DNA from: a virus
IMG/VR virus record: IMGVR_UViG_3300008266_009503
Coordinates: 1-64,000 of that record
Direction: 5' to 3' (one strand)
DNA: 64,000 bases
Shown piece by piece: positions 1 to 9,305 of the stretch. The notes under the pieces are model-generated. The model searched no databases. It saw nothing but the letters and a program-made list of their open reading frames with translations, and had not been told where the DNA came from. A program made the translations under genes and the position numbers. Numbering within the stretch: position 1 is the first letter of the stretch; every line of letters begins with the position of its first letter.

Positions 1-98
1 ACTGAGTCTTTACCTATGGTCTTGGCTATTGGATAGGATTGGGAGTAACTTGTAAGGCCTACCAACATTAGTATTAATACTATCTTTAAGTGTTTCAT
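1..98 (-). CDS. Partial secreted/membrane protein overlapping the lipoprotein gene (spanin-like overlap); runs off the window
   Basis: Read by eye: ATG at 98 gives MKHLKIVLILMLVGLTSYSQSYPIAKTIGKDS, a signal-peptide-like N-terminus; overlaps 10..372 by 89 nt. Confidence 0.55.
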   Translation of the reverse strand, partial: MKHLKIVLILMLVGLTSYSQSYPIAKTIGKDS

Positions 99-372
99 TT
101 GTTTCTTTTAATTCAGTTACGGTCTGTTTTAAATTGTTCATAACCGTAGTCGTAACTTCTATCTTTTTCATAACTGTGCTATCTACTGCTTTATTGATAG
201 TATATATTTTTGACTGGTTTGATTCACTTTTTTTAATTAGATTATCTAAAACACTAGTCTTTTTTTCTTGAGTTGCCTGTTCTAAAACTTCTTGCTTTTC
301 TGGCTCTTCTTCGACATTAGAACTACAGGAAGCAATAAATAGAGTGAATAATATAAGTATTACTTTCTTCAT
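10..372 (-). CDS. Lipoprotein with coiled coil, possible spanin component
   Basis: Signal peptide with lipobox FIASC; coiled-coil C-half; start overlaps the upstream stop (TAATG). Confidence 0.5.
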   Translation of the reverse strand: MKKVILILFTLFIASCSSNVEEEPEKQEVLEQATQEKKTSVLDNLIKKSESNQSKIYTINKAVDSTVMKKIEVTTTVMNNLKQTVTELKETNETLKDSINTNVGRPYKLLPILSNSQDHR

Positions 373-677
373 TATTGTATTTTTCCTAACTGTTGTAATA
401 TAGATATAGTAGCTATCGCTCCTGATAATGTGCTATCTGATTTTCTAAGTTGAGTTGATAGAATATCTATTTTACCCTCTAGGTTTTCTATTTTTTTACC
501 TTGTTTTTCTATTTGAGAGTTGTAGTTCATTTTACCATCGACATATAAATAACCTATAGCTATTAATACAATAAATAGTAATCCTTTAACAGGATCTTTA
601 CTAAACTCTTTAAAAGAAATAGGTGGTTTAATTGCACCCGCTACTGAGTCTACTGTTGTAGGTTTTTTTGGTGCCAT
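372..677 (-). CDS. Single-TM coiled-coil protein, i-spanin-like
   Basis: TM segment GLLFIVLIAIGYLYV followed by a heptad-rich helix; translationally coupled to the lipoprotein gene. Confidence 0.45.
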   Translation of the reverse strand: MAPKKPTTVDSVAGAIKPPISFKEFSKDPVKGLLFIVLIAIGYLYVDGKMNYNSQIEKQGKKIENLEGKIDILSTQLRKSDSTLSGAIATISILQQLGKIQ

Positions 678-685
678 TCTGTTTT

Positions 686-1432
686 TTATTTTTTACCACC
701 CTCTTGAGTAGCATATTTTATACCCATTATAGTACCGACTATAGAAAAAGCATTTGTAAGTAGTACACTGAACATATTACTCCAAGTTGAGCCAATAATT
801 TGTGTGTCTTTGCCAGTGACCATAGCCATCCAATATAGCATGGTTGTTATAACACCTACTCCCACAATAACTGCCAAAGCAACTTTAACAATCGTTTTTA
901 TTAATTCGGATTGACTTTTCTTCATCATCACATCCAAATCGTTCAACGCAGCGTCTTTTTCTAGCTCTATTGCATTTTTGAGTTTTTTGGAGTTATCCAA
1001 CTCAATTTGTAGATCTTTAGAAAGAGCGCCTATCTTATTCTTATAATTCACCATTTCCGTAATATCTGTAGCAATCTTCATCACTTTAGTTATGTTATTG
1101 CTATCGTCAAAAATTGGATTATAGGTTGCCTGTAAAAATATTGGACTTCCATCCATCTTCTTTCTTTCAAATTCTCCCTCAAAAAATTTACCACTCCTCA
1201 AGGTATCCCAAAACTTTTTATATTCTTCCGACTTCGAGTATTCGTACGATACAAATATACTATGATGCTTTCCAATGAGTTGCTTGTGGTCTTCTTCCTT
1301 ATAACCCATGACTACTAAGAAGATTGAGTTCATTCCTAGTATATAACCATCGAGGTCAAAGTATATAATGGCATTGCTACGATTAATCGCTTCAAGTCTA
1401 CTTAATAGTTCCTCTTTGGATAAATTTTTCAT
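686..1432 (-). CDS. PAS-domain sensor + coiled coil + two C-terminal TM helices
   Basis: INRSNAIIYFDLDG...GKHHSIFV...FWDTLRSGKFFEGEF...LQATYNPIFD...KIATDIT matches chemoreceptor-type (BdlA/Aer-like) PAS/PAC; two hydrophobic helices at the C-terminus. Confidence 0.85.
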   Translation of the reverse strand: MKNLSKEELLSRLEAINRSNAIIYFDLDGYILGMNSIFLVVMGYKEEDHKQLIGKHHSIFVSYEYSKSEEYKKFWDTLRSGKFFEGEFERKKMDGSPIFLQATYNPIFDDSNNITKVMKIATDITEMVNYKNKIGALSKDLQIELDNSKKLKNAIELEKDAALNDLDVMMKKSQSELIKTIVKVALAVIVGVGVITTMLYWMAMVTGKDTQIIGSTWSNMFSVLLTNAFSIVGTIMGIKYATQEGGKK

Positions 1433-1456
1433 GTTTGCGTAAATATAATTATTTTA

Positions 1457-1708
1457 CTATTCTCCGTTAGAATCTTCTTTGCCTTTGTTAATAAATTTAT
1501 CTACTGATCCGATTCCAAAAGAACCTAATGTTAACCACAGAAATGAATTAAATATAAACTCTTGAACAACAAGCTCTTTGCCAAGTGTTCCGGTAACAAT
1601 ATCTGCTCCTGCAAATACTACCATCATTACAAATGCTAAAAAACCAACAACTGATTTTTCATTGATGGTGTTGCTGTCATTGAATAACTGTGAGAAGAAG
1701 TGTTTCAT
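1457..1708 (-). CDS. Holin-like two-TM protein
   Basis: 83 aa, two hydrophobic helices, charged C-tail, heads a membrane/lipoprotein cassette. Confidence 0.5.
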   Translation of the reverse strand: MKHFFSQLFNDSNTINEKSVVGFLAFVMMVVFAGADIVTGTLGKELVVQEFIFNSFLWLTLGSFGIGSVDKFINKGKEDSNGE

Positions 1709-1738
1709 ATTTTTAATTTTTAATGTATGTAAAACAGA

Positions 1739-1770
1739 AAAAGGCTGTATATATACTATACAACCTCTTT
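1739..1770 (-). terminator. Hairpin + U-tract between the TATTTAT motif and the holin-like gene
   Basis: Sense AAAGAGGTTGTATA-gtata-TATACAGCCTTTT followed by TCTGTTTT. Confidence 0.5.
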
Positions 1771-1798
1771 ACATTAATAAATAGTCTAGCTTATTAAA

Positions 1799-2008
1799 TT
1801 ACGAAACTCCTCTAGATTCAGTTAGTTTTTTCATGTGCTCAGCTGTTTCTTTATCTCGTACAATAGATACTTCGTATTCTACCTTGTTAGCACCTCCTAC
1901 AAATCCGACGTACTTAAAAGCATTAGAATGGTTTACACAGGTATCTACATACCCTAACTGAACTCTTTTTTCCGGAATAAGACTTTGACACACCCTACAA
2001 AACTTCAT
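1799..2008 (-). CDS. Small zinc-finger protein (CxxC...CxxH)
   Basis: CRVC...TCVNH; loosely DksA/TraR-like spacing. Confidence 0.45.
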   Translation of the reverse strand: MKFCRVCQSLIPEKRVQLGYVDTCVNHSNAFKYVGFVGGANKVEYEVSIVRDKETAEHMKKLTESRGVS

Positions 2009-2214
2009 AAAATTTTAATTTTTAACTTAGTTAAACTATTTTTTCTTATTATTTCTTTCTTTTTTCTTTTCTGTAAAATTAAAATGCTCTACTAGAACAG
2101 GACCATTTCTAGTCTTACTGTAATTATAATGCCAGCGAGAATCTAATTTTTTATCGTCTGTAAAATACTCTACTACAAATTTTGTATAAACTTCCAGAAC
2201 TGCTTTTGCCATTT

Positions 2215-2502
2215 TTATCCATATTTACCTACTAACAAATCTATTCTCTCTTTATTAAGATTAGACTCGTTTAACTGGGATTGAATAAATATAAGATCTT
2301 TTTTTAAGTCTAGCAACTTTGCTGAAGGTCCTTTTCTACTCCATAAATCATATTCTTCTTGTATCTTAGTGTGGAGTGTTTTTATCCTATAGGGATAATT
2401 TTTACGGTTAGCTATCTCTTTTAGCTTTTCAAATTGATCTAACTGCTTAACTAGCTTATTAGCAGTTTTGTTTATCCCTGCTTGTTTATTAAAAAATTTC
2501 AC
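2215..2502 (-). CDS. Hypothetical protein
   Basis: ORF in the minus-strand gene array. Confidence 0.5.
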   Translation of the reverse strand: MKFFNKQAGINKTANKLVKQLDQFEKLKEIANRKNYPYRIKTLHTKIQEEYDLWSRKGPSAKLLDLKKDLIFIQSQLNESNLNKERIDLLVGKYG

Positions 2503-2675
2503 CCTCTACGTTTTCTTCTTTCGTCTTTTACTAATTTACGGAGGGTAAAGATAGATACGGTAATAGCCAAGAGTAGAGATAAGGTCTGCAAGTAAGGCAT
2601 ACTCGCCATGATAAAACTTGATATGTGCAAGCCCCAGGTACTAATAGTTAAAAATTCAGGCGTAGCTTGTTTCAT
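2499..2675 (-). CDS. Small membrane protein (not in ORF track)
   Basis: MKQATPEFLTISTWGLHISSFIMASMPYLQTLSLLLAITVSIFTLRKLVKDERRKRRG; hydrophobic core and basic tail. Confidence 0.5.
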   Translation of the reverse strand: MKQATPEFLTISTWGLHISSFIMASMPYLQTLSLLLAITVSIFTLRKLVKDERRKRRG

Positions 2676-2676
2676 T

Positions 2677-2895
2677 TTAGTTTTGAATACTGATTTTCTG
2701 TGTAAGTATTACTTCCCATCCTACAGCACACTTAGTAAGTATAGATAACTTTTTACTTATCGTACCTTTTTCTAATAACTCTACCATCAACTCAATCCAC
2801 ATCTCTCTACTATCTACATGCAACATTTTGTGTCTACCCTTCGGTATATGTCTTTCTGCTAAACTTTCTAACGCTTCGTATAAGACCTGAGTCAT
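2677..2895 (-). CDS. Hypothetical protein
   Basis: ORF preceded by the CTATTTAT motif. Confidence 0.5.
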   Translation of the reverse strand: MTQVLYEALESLAERHIPKGRHKMLHVDSREMWIELMVELLEKGTISKKLSILTKCAVGWEVILTQKISIQN

Positions 2896-3088
2896 AATAA
2901 TGATAAATAGAGTATATAATTACTTCACCCACTCGGTTACTCCCAATGCAAAGGCTTCCGCAGGAGAGAGTTCTGGATTTTTCTTCATAGTAGTAAGAGC
3001 AAAGTAGATTACTTCTAGCTCCAATCCATACTCCAATGCGGTATCGAGCATCTTGCCAATAGCTTCTAACTGTTTTTCTTCCATATAT

Positions 3089-3120
3089 TAAATATATGAT
3101 TAATTTCTTAAAATTTCAAC
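3089..3120 (-). promoter_or_regulatory. Bacteroidota-type sigma70 promoter (GTTG-N20-TATATTTA)
   Basis: Resembles the Bacteroidota -33 TTG / -7 TAnnTTTG consensus; same 20-nt spacing recurs at other sites. Confidence 0.6.
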
Positions 3121-3782
3121 TATATTTTAGAGATAAATTCAGATCCTGGCTCGTAATTATCTGTAGGTTCTAAACCAAGTTCTTTAAAGTGTTGCATAAA
3201 ACTATCATCTACCTCCCAATCTATCTGATCCTTTACCAGAGTGGTAGCATTTGCATCTTCAAGCCTTAGTATTTGTTTTTCAGAAAAGAGATTACCTACG
3301 TACAGGAAGTAACAATTATAGCATAACATACGAAGATTCTCTAACTTCCAATTATGCTTATTATTATCTTTAAAATTTAAAATAAGAGGCTGTCTGTAAT
3401 CTACAACCCTCTTCTCGTGATGTCCACAGTTATAGCACTCCATTCTAAGAATGCCTTCATATATTAACCTGTTCTTGAGTTTTTGTTGATTGACTGCCCT
3501 ATAGCTTTCGCTGGACATTATCTCGTTAATCTTTTCTACAGAGATGTCGTGATTCCACTTAACTCTTTTTATACCTCTACCTGAATCGTTCTTATGTAAT
3601 TCGTATAAACTCTTTCCTGAGTCCTGGTCAATGTATAACTTTGCATACTTCCTGTATGTTTCAATAGTGACATTCAGATACCGTGCAGCCTGAAAATTAG
3701 ATTGTGTATGCTTCATTGCATTTCTTATAACGGCTTCTGAAAAATCTCTCCTAGGCCTTCCGGCTTGTTTTCTATTCGCCAT
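3120..3782 (-). CDS. HTH + HNH-like zinc-finger DNA-binding protein (likely start MANRKQ at 3782)
   Basis: N-terminal HTH-like QAARYLNVTIETYRKY; CYNC...KDNNKHNWKLENLRMLCYNC HNH-like module. Confidence 0.6.
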   Translation of the reverse strand: MANRKQAGRPRRDFSEAVIRNAMKHTQSNFQAARYLNVTIETYRKYAKLYIDQDSGKSLYELHKNDSGRGIKRVKWNHDISVEKINEIMSSESYRAVNQQKLKNRLIYEGILRMECYNCGHHEKRVVDYRQPLILNFKDNNKHNWKLENLRMLCYNCYFLYVGNLFSEKQILRLEDANATTLVKDQIDWEVDDSFMQHFKELGLEPTDNYEPGSEFISKI

Positions 3783-4179
3783 AAGCAGGATCAATAGTAA
3801 GTAGTAAGTTCCACAGATCTTGTGCATTCTCTAGAACTACTTCGTTGTTATTAGCGTCTAATAAAGGAACTATACTTCCATCTAAAGCTAATCTCTCCCA
3901 GAGGTAATAACCGATCAACTCTGCTCCTTCTTTTCCAAAATGTAATACAATTAATGCATCAATAGTATCTAGGAAAGCTTCGTCGTATTTAGTTAAATCC
4001 AAATTTAACTCGGCATACATTAAGTTTTGCCTATTTACTACTTGTTCGATAGAATTAATTATAGAAGTAAACAACTCTTTCTTCTTCTCTATACGAGTTT
4101 TTTTCTTCTTTCTGATTAGGCTCTTTACGTTAAGTATTTGATTTATAGCTACTTGAATTTCATTAAGAGGCTGCTCCAT
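3772..4179 (-). CDS. Hypothetical protein
   Basis: Operon-coupled ORF. Confidence 0.55.
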   Translation of the reverse strand: MEQPLNEIQVAINQILNVKSLIRKKKKTRIEKKKELFTSIINSIEQVVNRQNLMYAELNLDLTKYDEAFLDTIDALIVLHFGKEGAELIGYYLWERLALDGSIVPLLDANNNEVVLENAQDLWNLLLTIDPAYGE

Positions 4180-4528
4180 TTTCCTTCTTTTTAGTGGTTT
4201 TGTTAGGGAGAGTTTTGACAGGTTGTCTTATTTCGTCAATAAGTTTTTTAAGAGGAATACACTCTTCGAATTTTTCTTCCTCTAGCATAAAATTAATACA
4301 CTGTTCGAGAGCTGGAATCCAGTACTGCTTTGGTATGTCTAGGTAAAAACCTAATCCATTTATCTCAAAAAGAGTAGCAAATGTTTTTCTACTTTCGAAA
4401 GCTTCTTTAATAGCGAGAGGGGTCTCTTTCTTAATTAAATCTAGTAATGCAGAAGTCTCTACAAGATCGACAGTCCTGATATTTTCTAAAGGCTCAAAAA
4501 GGGCTGTTGGAATTTTTCTTTTACTCAT
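4163..4528 (-). CDS. Hypothetical protein with UVR-like C-terminal motif
   Basis: EEEKFEECIPLKKLI resembles the UvrB/C motif. Confidence 0.45.
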   Translation of the reverse strand: MSKRKIPTALFEPLENIRTVDLVETSALLDLIKKETPLAIKEAFESRKTFATLFEINGLGFYLDIPKQYWIPALEQCINFMLEEEKFEECIPLKKLIDEIRQPVKTLPNKTTKKKENGAAS

Positions 4529-4546
4529 AACCTAATTCTGTGTTTA

Positions 4547-4996
4547 TTATTTTAATCCTGCCATTTTCTTAATCCACTCTCTCAACGGCTCTTCTTGTGC
4601 AGGCAATTCCTGCGCCGGTAATTCGGGTTCGGGTTTCTCTTCTGGAGTAGAGTCTTGTACAGAATCTCCTTTTATTACATTCTGTATCAAGTAGTTAGCT
4701 AAAGAAGGAAGTGGTAGTAAAAATCCTATTACATTCTTATACGGATTTTCAACATCATACATTAACTGTAATCCAGCATCACCAAACTTTTGTTGTAACT
4801 CTGTACCAATTTCGTTAGCCATTTGCTGAATTTGCTGCATGTCTTGAGGGGCATCCTTCATTACGAATTGCAACTTAACTCCTTTCTTAGTTTTGTTTAT
4901 ATTAGTATCAAATCTAAGAGTTAAGTGATGACCTGCAATCTCTACAGGGTATTCAGGTATTAACGCCGGCAAGGCTTCTTTTAACGTAGCTTTCAT
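4547..4996 (-). CDS. Hypothetical protein, possibly virion-internal
   Basis: CTATTTAT motif directly upstream; acidic ELPAQ repeat. Confidence 0.5.
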   Translation of the reverse strand: MKATLKEALPALIPEYPVEIAGHHLTLRFDTNINKTKKGVKLQFVMKDAPQDMQQIQQMANEIGTELQQKFGDAGLQLMYDVENPYKNVIGFLLPLPSLANYLIQNVIKGDSVQDSTPEEKPEPELPAQELPAQEEPLREWIKKMAGLK

Positions 4997-5008
4997 AATA
5001 ATAAATAG

Positions 5009-5653
5009 TTACTCCCAAGCGTTCATTTTAAACCTTTCGGCAGGAAGCCCAAAGAACTCTGTTTTCCACTTAGACTGATCGAAAAATTCCAAATTAATCC
5101 ACTCCTCTTTTCTCTCTATAATTTGCTTAGCTGCCCAGTTCCAGTCTACAGAAACTACCTTCTCCTCTACTCTCCCTTTAATCTCCCGTATCTCCTCTAC
5201 ACTGTAAGAGTCATATTCAAAATGTAAAAGTTCCATGGAATTTCCCAAGCTATCAACATAATCCATACTAAAATCAACACCCCATTTACCTTTATAATTT
5301 ATTAACTTGTAGATTAAGTTATTACCTTTTGCAAACTCGTTTAGTTGTTCTAGAGCAAGACCAGAGTAACCTTTTCTTTCAAACAAGAAAGCATGGTTGA
5401 TATGAGGACCTTCTACAATACTCCCGTTACGGTGCTTCATCCAGACTTTTCTTAGAGATTTCTCATCTCCATGCAGTATGTAGGGTTGATCATTTGCGTG
5501 TGAGTATTCCTGTTCAAGCAGAGTAAGCCTATAGCCGTTCTGATCGAATAAGTCTACCCACTGAGGAGTTTTAAAAATCTCCGGTTTACGCCAACCTAGA
5601 GGTTTATCCCAGGTCCGGTTTTGGTAAAATCTTTCGTTTGTAATTTCTATCAT
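5009..5653 (-). CDS. Hypothetical protein
   Basis: 214-aa ORF coupled to the flavoprotein gene. Confidence 0.55.
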   Translation of the reverse strand: MIEITNERFYQNRTWDKPLGWRKPEIFKTPQWVDLFDQNGYRLTLLEQEYSHANDQPYILHGDEKSLRKVWMKHRNGSIVEGPHINHAFLFERKGYSGLALEQLNEFAKGNNLIYKLINYKGKWGVDFSMDYVDSLGNSMELLHFEYDSYSVEEIREIKGRVEEKVVSVDWNWAAKQIIERKEEWINLEFFDQSKWKTEFFGLPAERFKMNAWE

Positions 5654-6414
5654 AGTAAAGTTCTAATGTCAATAATATTATCTAGAGAATGAACATCTTC
5701 CCTATATCCTTCTTTAGATTCGTCGTAAATATCGTCAGTAAATTGATAACCCAGGTATAATTCTTTTGCAGGCTTAAATCCATAAAATTCGTGTACCTGT
5801 TTTTGAGTCTTGACTACCTGATCTACATTCCAGTTATGTCCTATAAAAATAAATCCTGATTCAAGATCTCTTACTACGTTAGCTTCTTTCAGGGTAGCCC
5901 ATCTATTTTCTATCCAGTTTAACCTCTCAATCAAGTTCTGATAGTAAGCATTCGCCTGTCCCCACCTTACCGATCCTAAAAATACTACTACATTAGACTC
6001 GAAAAGAGGAAGAGATACTTTCCAAAGTTCATCGTCTGAGTTATTAATAGAAGCCCAACATCTATGATATCCGCTAGGATTCTTTTCTTTGTCTTGTAGC
6101 TTAGAAGCTCTTACTCCGCAATTATTTCCGTCCTTACTTGAAACGTTTCCTTCACAGTGGTAAATGTTTAGTTTAGGTATATCAATTAGTGTACATTTAT
6201 GCTCGCCGAGACTTCTTTGAATTACCTGAGCGATTCTAGTAGTCTTTGGGATGTCTTGCCCATCTTTAGAGCTAAATTTACTTCTGTTTGAAGTAGTTAG
6301 TAACAATACTTTTCCCTTAGTATCAAGGTACTTAACAGCTTTCTCTAACTGCTTTTTAAATTTAGTATCAACCTCTACCTTTTCTTCTTCTAATAATATA
6401 GATAAACTTCTCAT
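5650..6414 (-). CDS. Flavodoxin-fold NAD(P)H-dependent FMN reductase / iron-sulfur flavoprotein-like protein
   Basis: LLLTTSNR FMN-phosphate loop, HCEGNVS...C...HRCW, VFLGSVRWG. Confidence 0.7.
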   Translation of the reverse strand: MRSLSILLEEEKVEVDTKFKKQLEKAVKYLDTKGKVLLLTTSNRSKFSSKDGQDIPKTTRIAQVIQRSLGEHKCTLIDIPKLNIYHCEGNVSSKDGNNCGVRASKLQDKEKNPSGYHRCWASINNSDDELWKVSLPLFESNVVVFLGSVRWGQANAYYQNLIERLNWIENRWATLKEANVVRDLESGFIFIGHNWNVDQVVKTQKQVHEFYGFKPAKELYLGYQFTDDIYDESKEGYREDVHSLDNIIDIRTLL

Positions 6415-6427
6415 ACAAATAAATAGA

Positions 6428-7627
6428 TTAAAGAAGCTGATCAGTGTAGTAAGGATTGTTACTAGTAATCAACCTGTTCTCGTAAGTATCAAGGCTTATA
6501 ACCTTAATTTTAAAAATATCCAATTCAAATTCACCAATACCTCCTGATTCAGCTATGATTTGAGGTAGTTGTTGAATAAGGCTGTAAGACTGGTTCGTAA
6601 ACCTAGTTGCATCAAATTCAACCACTATATCATTTTCACCTTCGGGGTTGTTTGCTTTAATGGTTAATACTCGTTTACTTAGATTAAATTCGGTATTAGC
6701 TTGTTCTACTTCAACATAATCCCAAGCACGGCCAATGTTAAATACTTCGTCAACGTATACCCTGTCGCACCAAGGCTCCAATGCCTCTAGTAATGGTAGG
6801 TTGCAGTTATGTATTACATAAGCTAGATTATATTTCGGCGTAAGTACGGGATATTGATATTCATCATTTTTAATCCAACTACCCCATTTTCGAAGATAGT
6901 TCTTCATCGCATTAGTCTTCATTTGATGAAAGGCTGGATCTTGAGTTACTTTTTCAATACCGTCTTGGAATTGTCCACCTCGGCAGGTCAGGTGGTAAAC
7001 AAGTCCTTCCCACGTCTGAACTATTTTATATCCGTTCAGTATAAACCTATTAAACATATCACTATCTTCATGGTAAGAGTGAAAACGTTCATCGTGCATT
7101 CCGATAGACATAATATCTTCTCTGTAACAAGCCCATGGAGCAAAAATACCTCTAGTTGCCTTTCCGTCATTCTCCTTTATTAGAGCTTCACAATACTCAT
7201 TAAACTCTACTTCTTGAAAGTCTTCCGGGTACATACCGAAATGCTTAACTATTTTTTCTTTTCCTTCTGGATGTAGAGGTGGTTCAATTCTAGTACCGCT
7301 AATAACTTTTTTAGGAGCTAAATGTTTTAAAATAGCTACATCAAAGCCTTTAGCCATATACATGTCTGCGTGAAACATACAAACTAACTCTGTCTTAGCT
7401 GCTTCAATACATCTGTTATATCCGTAAGCTATCCCTTTTGGTTCTTGGCTGCTATTTTTAATGTAGACGATTTCATTCTCTACAAGCCATTCTTCTGTAC
7501 CGTCATTATCAGCATCTAAAAAAACTATAATGTCGTGTCCTACTTCTGAATTATTTTTTATAGACCGAATACTGTTCTTTAAGTAACGTAGGTTATTCTT
7601 ACTCGGTATACAGAACGTTATTTTCAT
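6428..7627 (-). CDS. Glycosyltransferase family 2
   Basis: ITFCIPS...DADNDGT...YNRCI...FHADM...HEDSD GT-A motifs. Confidence 0.85.
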   Translation of the reverse strand: MKITFCIPSKNNLRYLKNSIRSIKNNSEVGHDIIVFLDADNDGTEEWLVENEIVYIKNSSQEPKGIAYGYNRCIEAAKTELVCMFHADMYMAKGFDVAILKHLAPKKVISGTRIEPPLHPEGKEKIVKHFGMYPEDFQEVEFNEYCEALIKENDGKATRGIFAPWACYREDIMSIGMHDERFHSYHEDSDMFNRFILNGYKIVQTWEGLVYHLTCRGGQFQDGIEKVTQDPAFHQMKTNAMKNYLRKWGSWIKNDEYQYPVLTPKYNLAYVIHNCNLPLLEALEPWCDRVYVDEVFNIGRAWDYVEVEQANTEFNLSKRVLTIKANNPEGENDIVVEFDATRFTNQSYSLIQQLPQIIAESGGIGEFELDIFKIKVISLDTYENRLITSNNPYYTDQLL

Positions 7628-7630
7628 TAA

Positions 7631-8335
7631 TTAGTTTTTTTGAGTGTAGATATACCAGTTCCAAGAAGTTACAAGTTCATCCGGTAGAGTCTGTTCTGAG
7701 CTTTCTTTCGGAAAGTGCGGACATTTTAACGGAGATCCTGCTACGCTTTCTGGTTCCCATCCATGTATCTTACAGAAATATAAAAAATTATCGTAATCAA
7801 ACAAACCTCTATAAATAAATTCGTGATTCATTCTCCAATTAGGGACTGAAATAAAGAACCCAGACTTCTCTTTTGTAATATTTCTAGCTTGATACATTAC
7901 ATGACTCGGATTAGCAATATGCTCTAAAAAATCATTTGCTATAATCAAATCGTAGTCAGTATCTAGTCCGCTTATATCGAAAGAATGCATTAAATCTTTT
8001 ACGAAAAAGTTATTACCCTTAAACCCTCTCTTCTCAAATATAGCTTTCGACGTAGCTTTATCAATGAACGAGTAATTTAGGTCCGGTATGAGTTCAAGTA
8101 TATACTGACTTAGAAGTCCTGGGCCTGATCCTAGTTCTAAAATTTTTTTGTAGTTATTATCCTTACAAATTTCAGCTAAAATTGCAGCTTCGTACTTATA
8201 CCTACTAATCCAAGACTCTTCATCTATCCTAGATTTCTCTAATTCATCTGCCCATTCATGAGGAGATACTTCTTCTATAGCAGTATTGCCGAAATTGGTA
8301 AAATTGATATCTCCCTGTGTTCTATATAATGCCAT
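7631..8335 (-). CDS. Class I SAM-dependent methyltransferase
   Basis: ILELGSGPG motif I; DFLEHI. Confidence 0.8.
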   Translation of the reverse strand: MALYRTQGDINFTNFGNTAIEEVSPHEWADELEKSRIDEESWISRYKYEAAILAEICKDNNYKKILELGSGPGLLSQYILELIPDLNYSFIDKATSKAIFEKRGFKGNNFFVKDLMHSFDISGLDTDYDLIIANDFLEHIANPSHVMYQARNITKEKSGFFISVPNWRMNHEFIYRGLFDYDNFLYFCKIHGWEPESVAGSPLKCPHFPKESSEQTLPDELVTSWNWYIYTQKN

Positions 8336-8341
8336 CGTATT

Positions 8342-9304
8342 TTATTTTAAAACTTCCATCCAATGTTCAATCATTTCATCCATCATACTCTCAAAAGTAT
8401 ATTCCGGTTTCCATCCAAGAGCTCTAATTCTACTAGAATCACCTTTCAGGTAAGGAAGTTCTTCTGGACGTAAAAACTTTTGATTTTGTACTACATATTC
8501 CTGATAATCCATTTCTAAGCTTTCAAAAACGTACTTACACATATCTCTTACAGACCTTGTTTCTCCAGTAGCTACCACCCAATCTCCCGGTTGGTTTTGT
8601 TGAAGTATAAGATGCATAGCACGTACGTAGTCCTTTGAATGTCCCCAATCTCTATAAGCATCTAGGTTACCTAGCTCAAGCTCTTTAACCAAGCCTAGTT
8701 TAATCTGTACAGCCGTCTTAACTACTTTGTTAGTTACAAAATTAGAACCTCTACGAGGTGATTCATGATTGAATAAAATACCGTTACTGGCATGCAGTTT
8801 GTATGCGTTTCTATAATTACGGACGATGTTATATCCAAATACTTTTGAACAGCCGTAAGGCGATACAGGAGTCATCGAAGTAGTTTCTCTCTGAAATCCG
8901 TCGGCATCTACAGAGCTTCCAAACATCTCTGAACTACTTGCTTGATAAAACTTAGCTTCCGGACAAGACCTGCGGTAAGCTTCTAATACACTTAGAACTC
9001 CTAGAGCGTTTGTCTGTACTGTAAATTGCGGTATATCGTAACTTACACGTACATGGCTTTGTGCGGCAATATTGTAAATTTCGTCTGGTTGGATTTTATC
9101 AAGAAGATGCTCAATGCTAGACTGATCTAGTAAGTCTCCGTAGTAAATATGCATTTTACTTTTAACAGACTCTATCCTACTCTGTTGATGTTCAGTTACT
9201 GAGTTTCTACGTATAATTCCGTGCACTTCGTACCCAAGGCTAAGCAAATGCTCTGCAAGATACGAGCCATCTTGTCCTCCTATGCCTGTAATAAAAGCTT
9301 TCAT
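8342..9304 (-). CDS. gmd: GDP-mannose 4,6-dehydratase
   Basis: ITGIGGQDGSYLAE, AAQSHVRVS, QASSSEMFG, NGILFNHESPRRG, RDWGH. Confidence 0.96.
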   Translation of the reverse strand: MKAFITGIGGQDGSYLAEHLLSLGYEVHGIIRRNSVTEHQQSRIESVKSKMHIYYGDLLDQSSIEHLLDKIQPDEIYNIAAQSHVRVSYDIPQFTVQTNALGVLSVLEAYRRSCPEAKFYQASSSEMFGSSVDADGFQRETTSMTPVSPYGCSKVFGYNIVRNYRNAYKLHASNGILFNHESPRRGSNFVTNKVVKTAVQIKLGLVKELELGNLDAYRDWGHSKDYVRAMHLILQQNQPGDWVVATGETRSVRDMCKYVFESLEMDYQEYVVQNQKFLRPEELPYLKGDSSRIRALGWKPEYTFESMMDEMIEHWMEVLK

Positions 9305-9305
9305 A

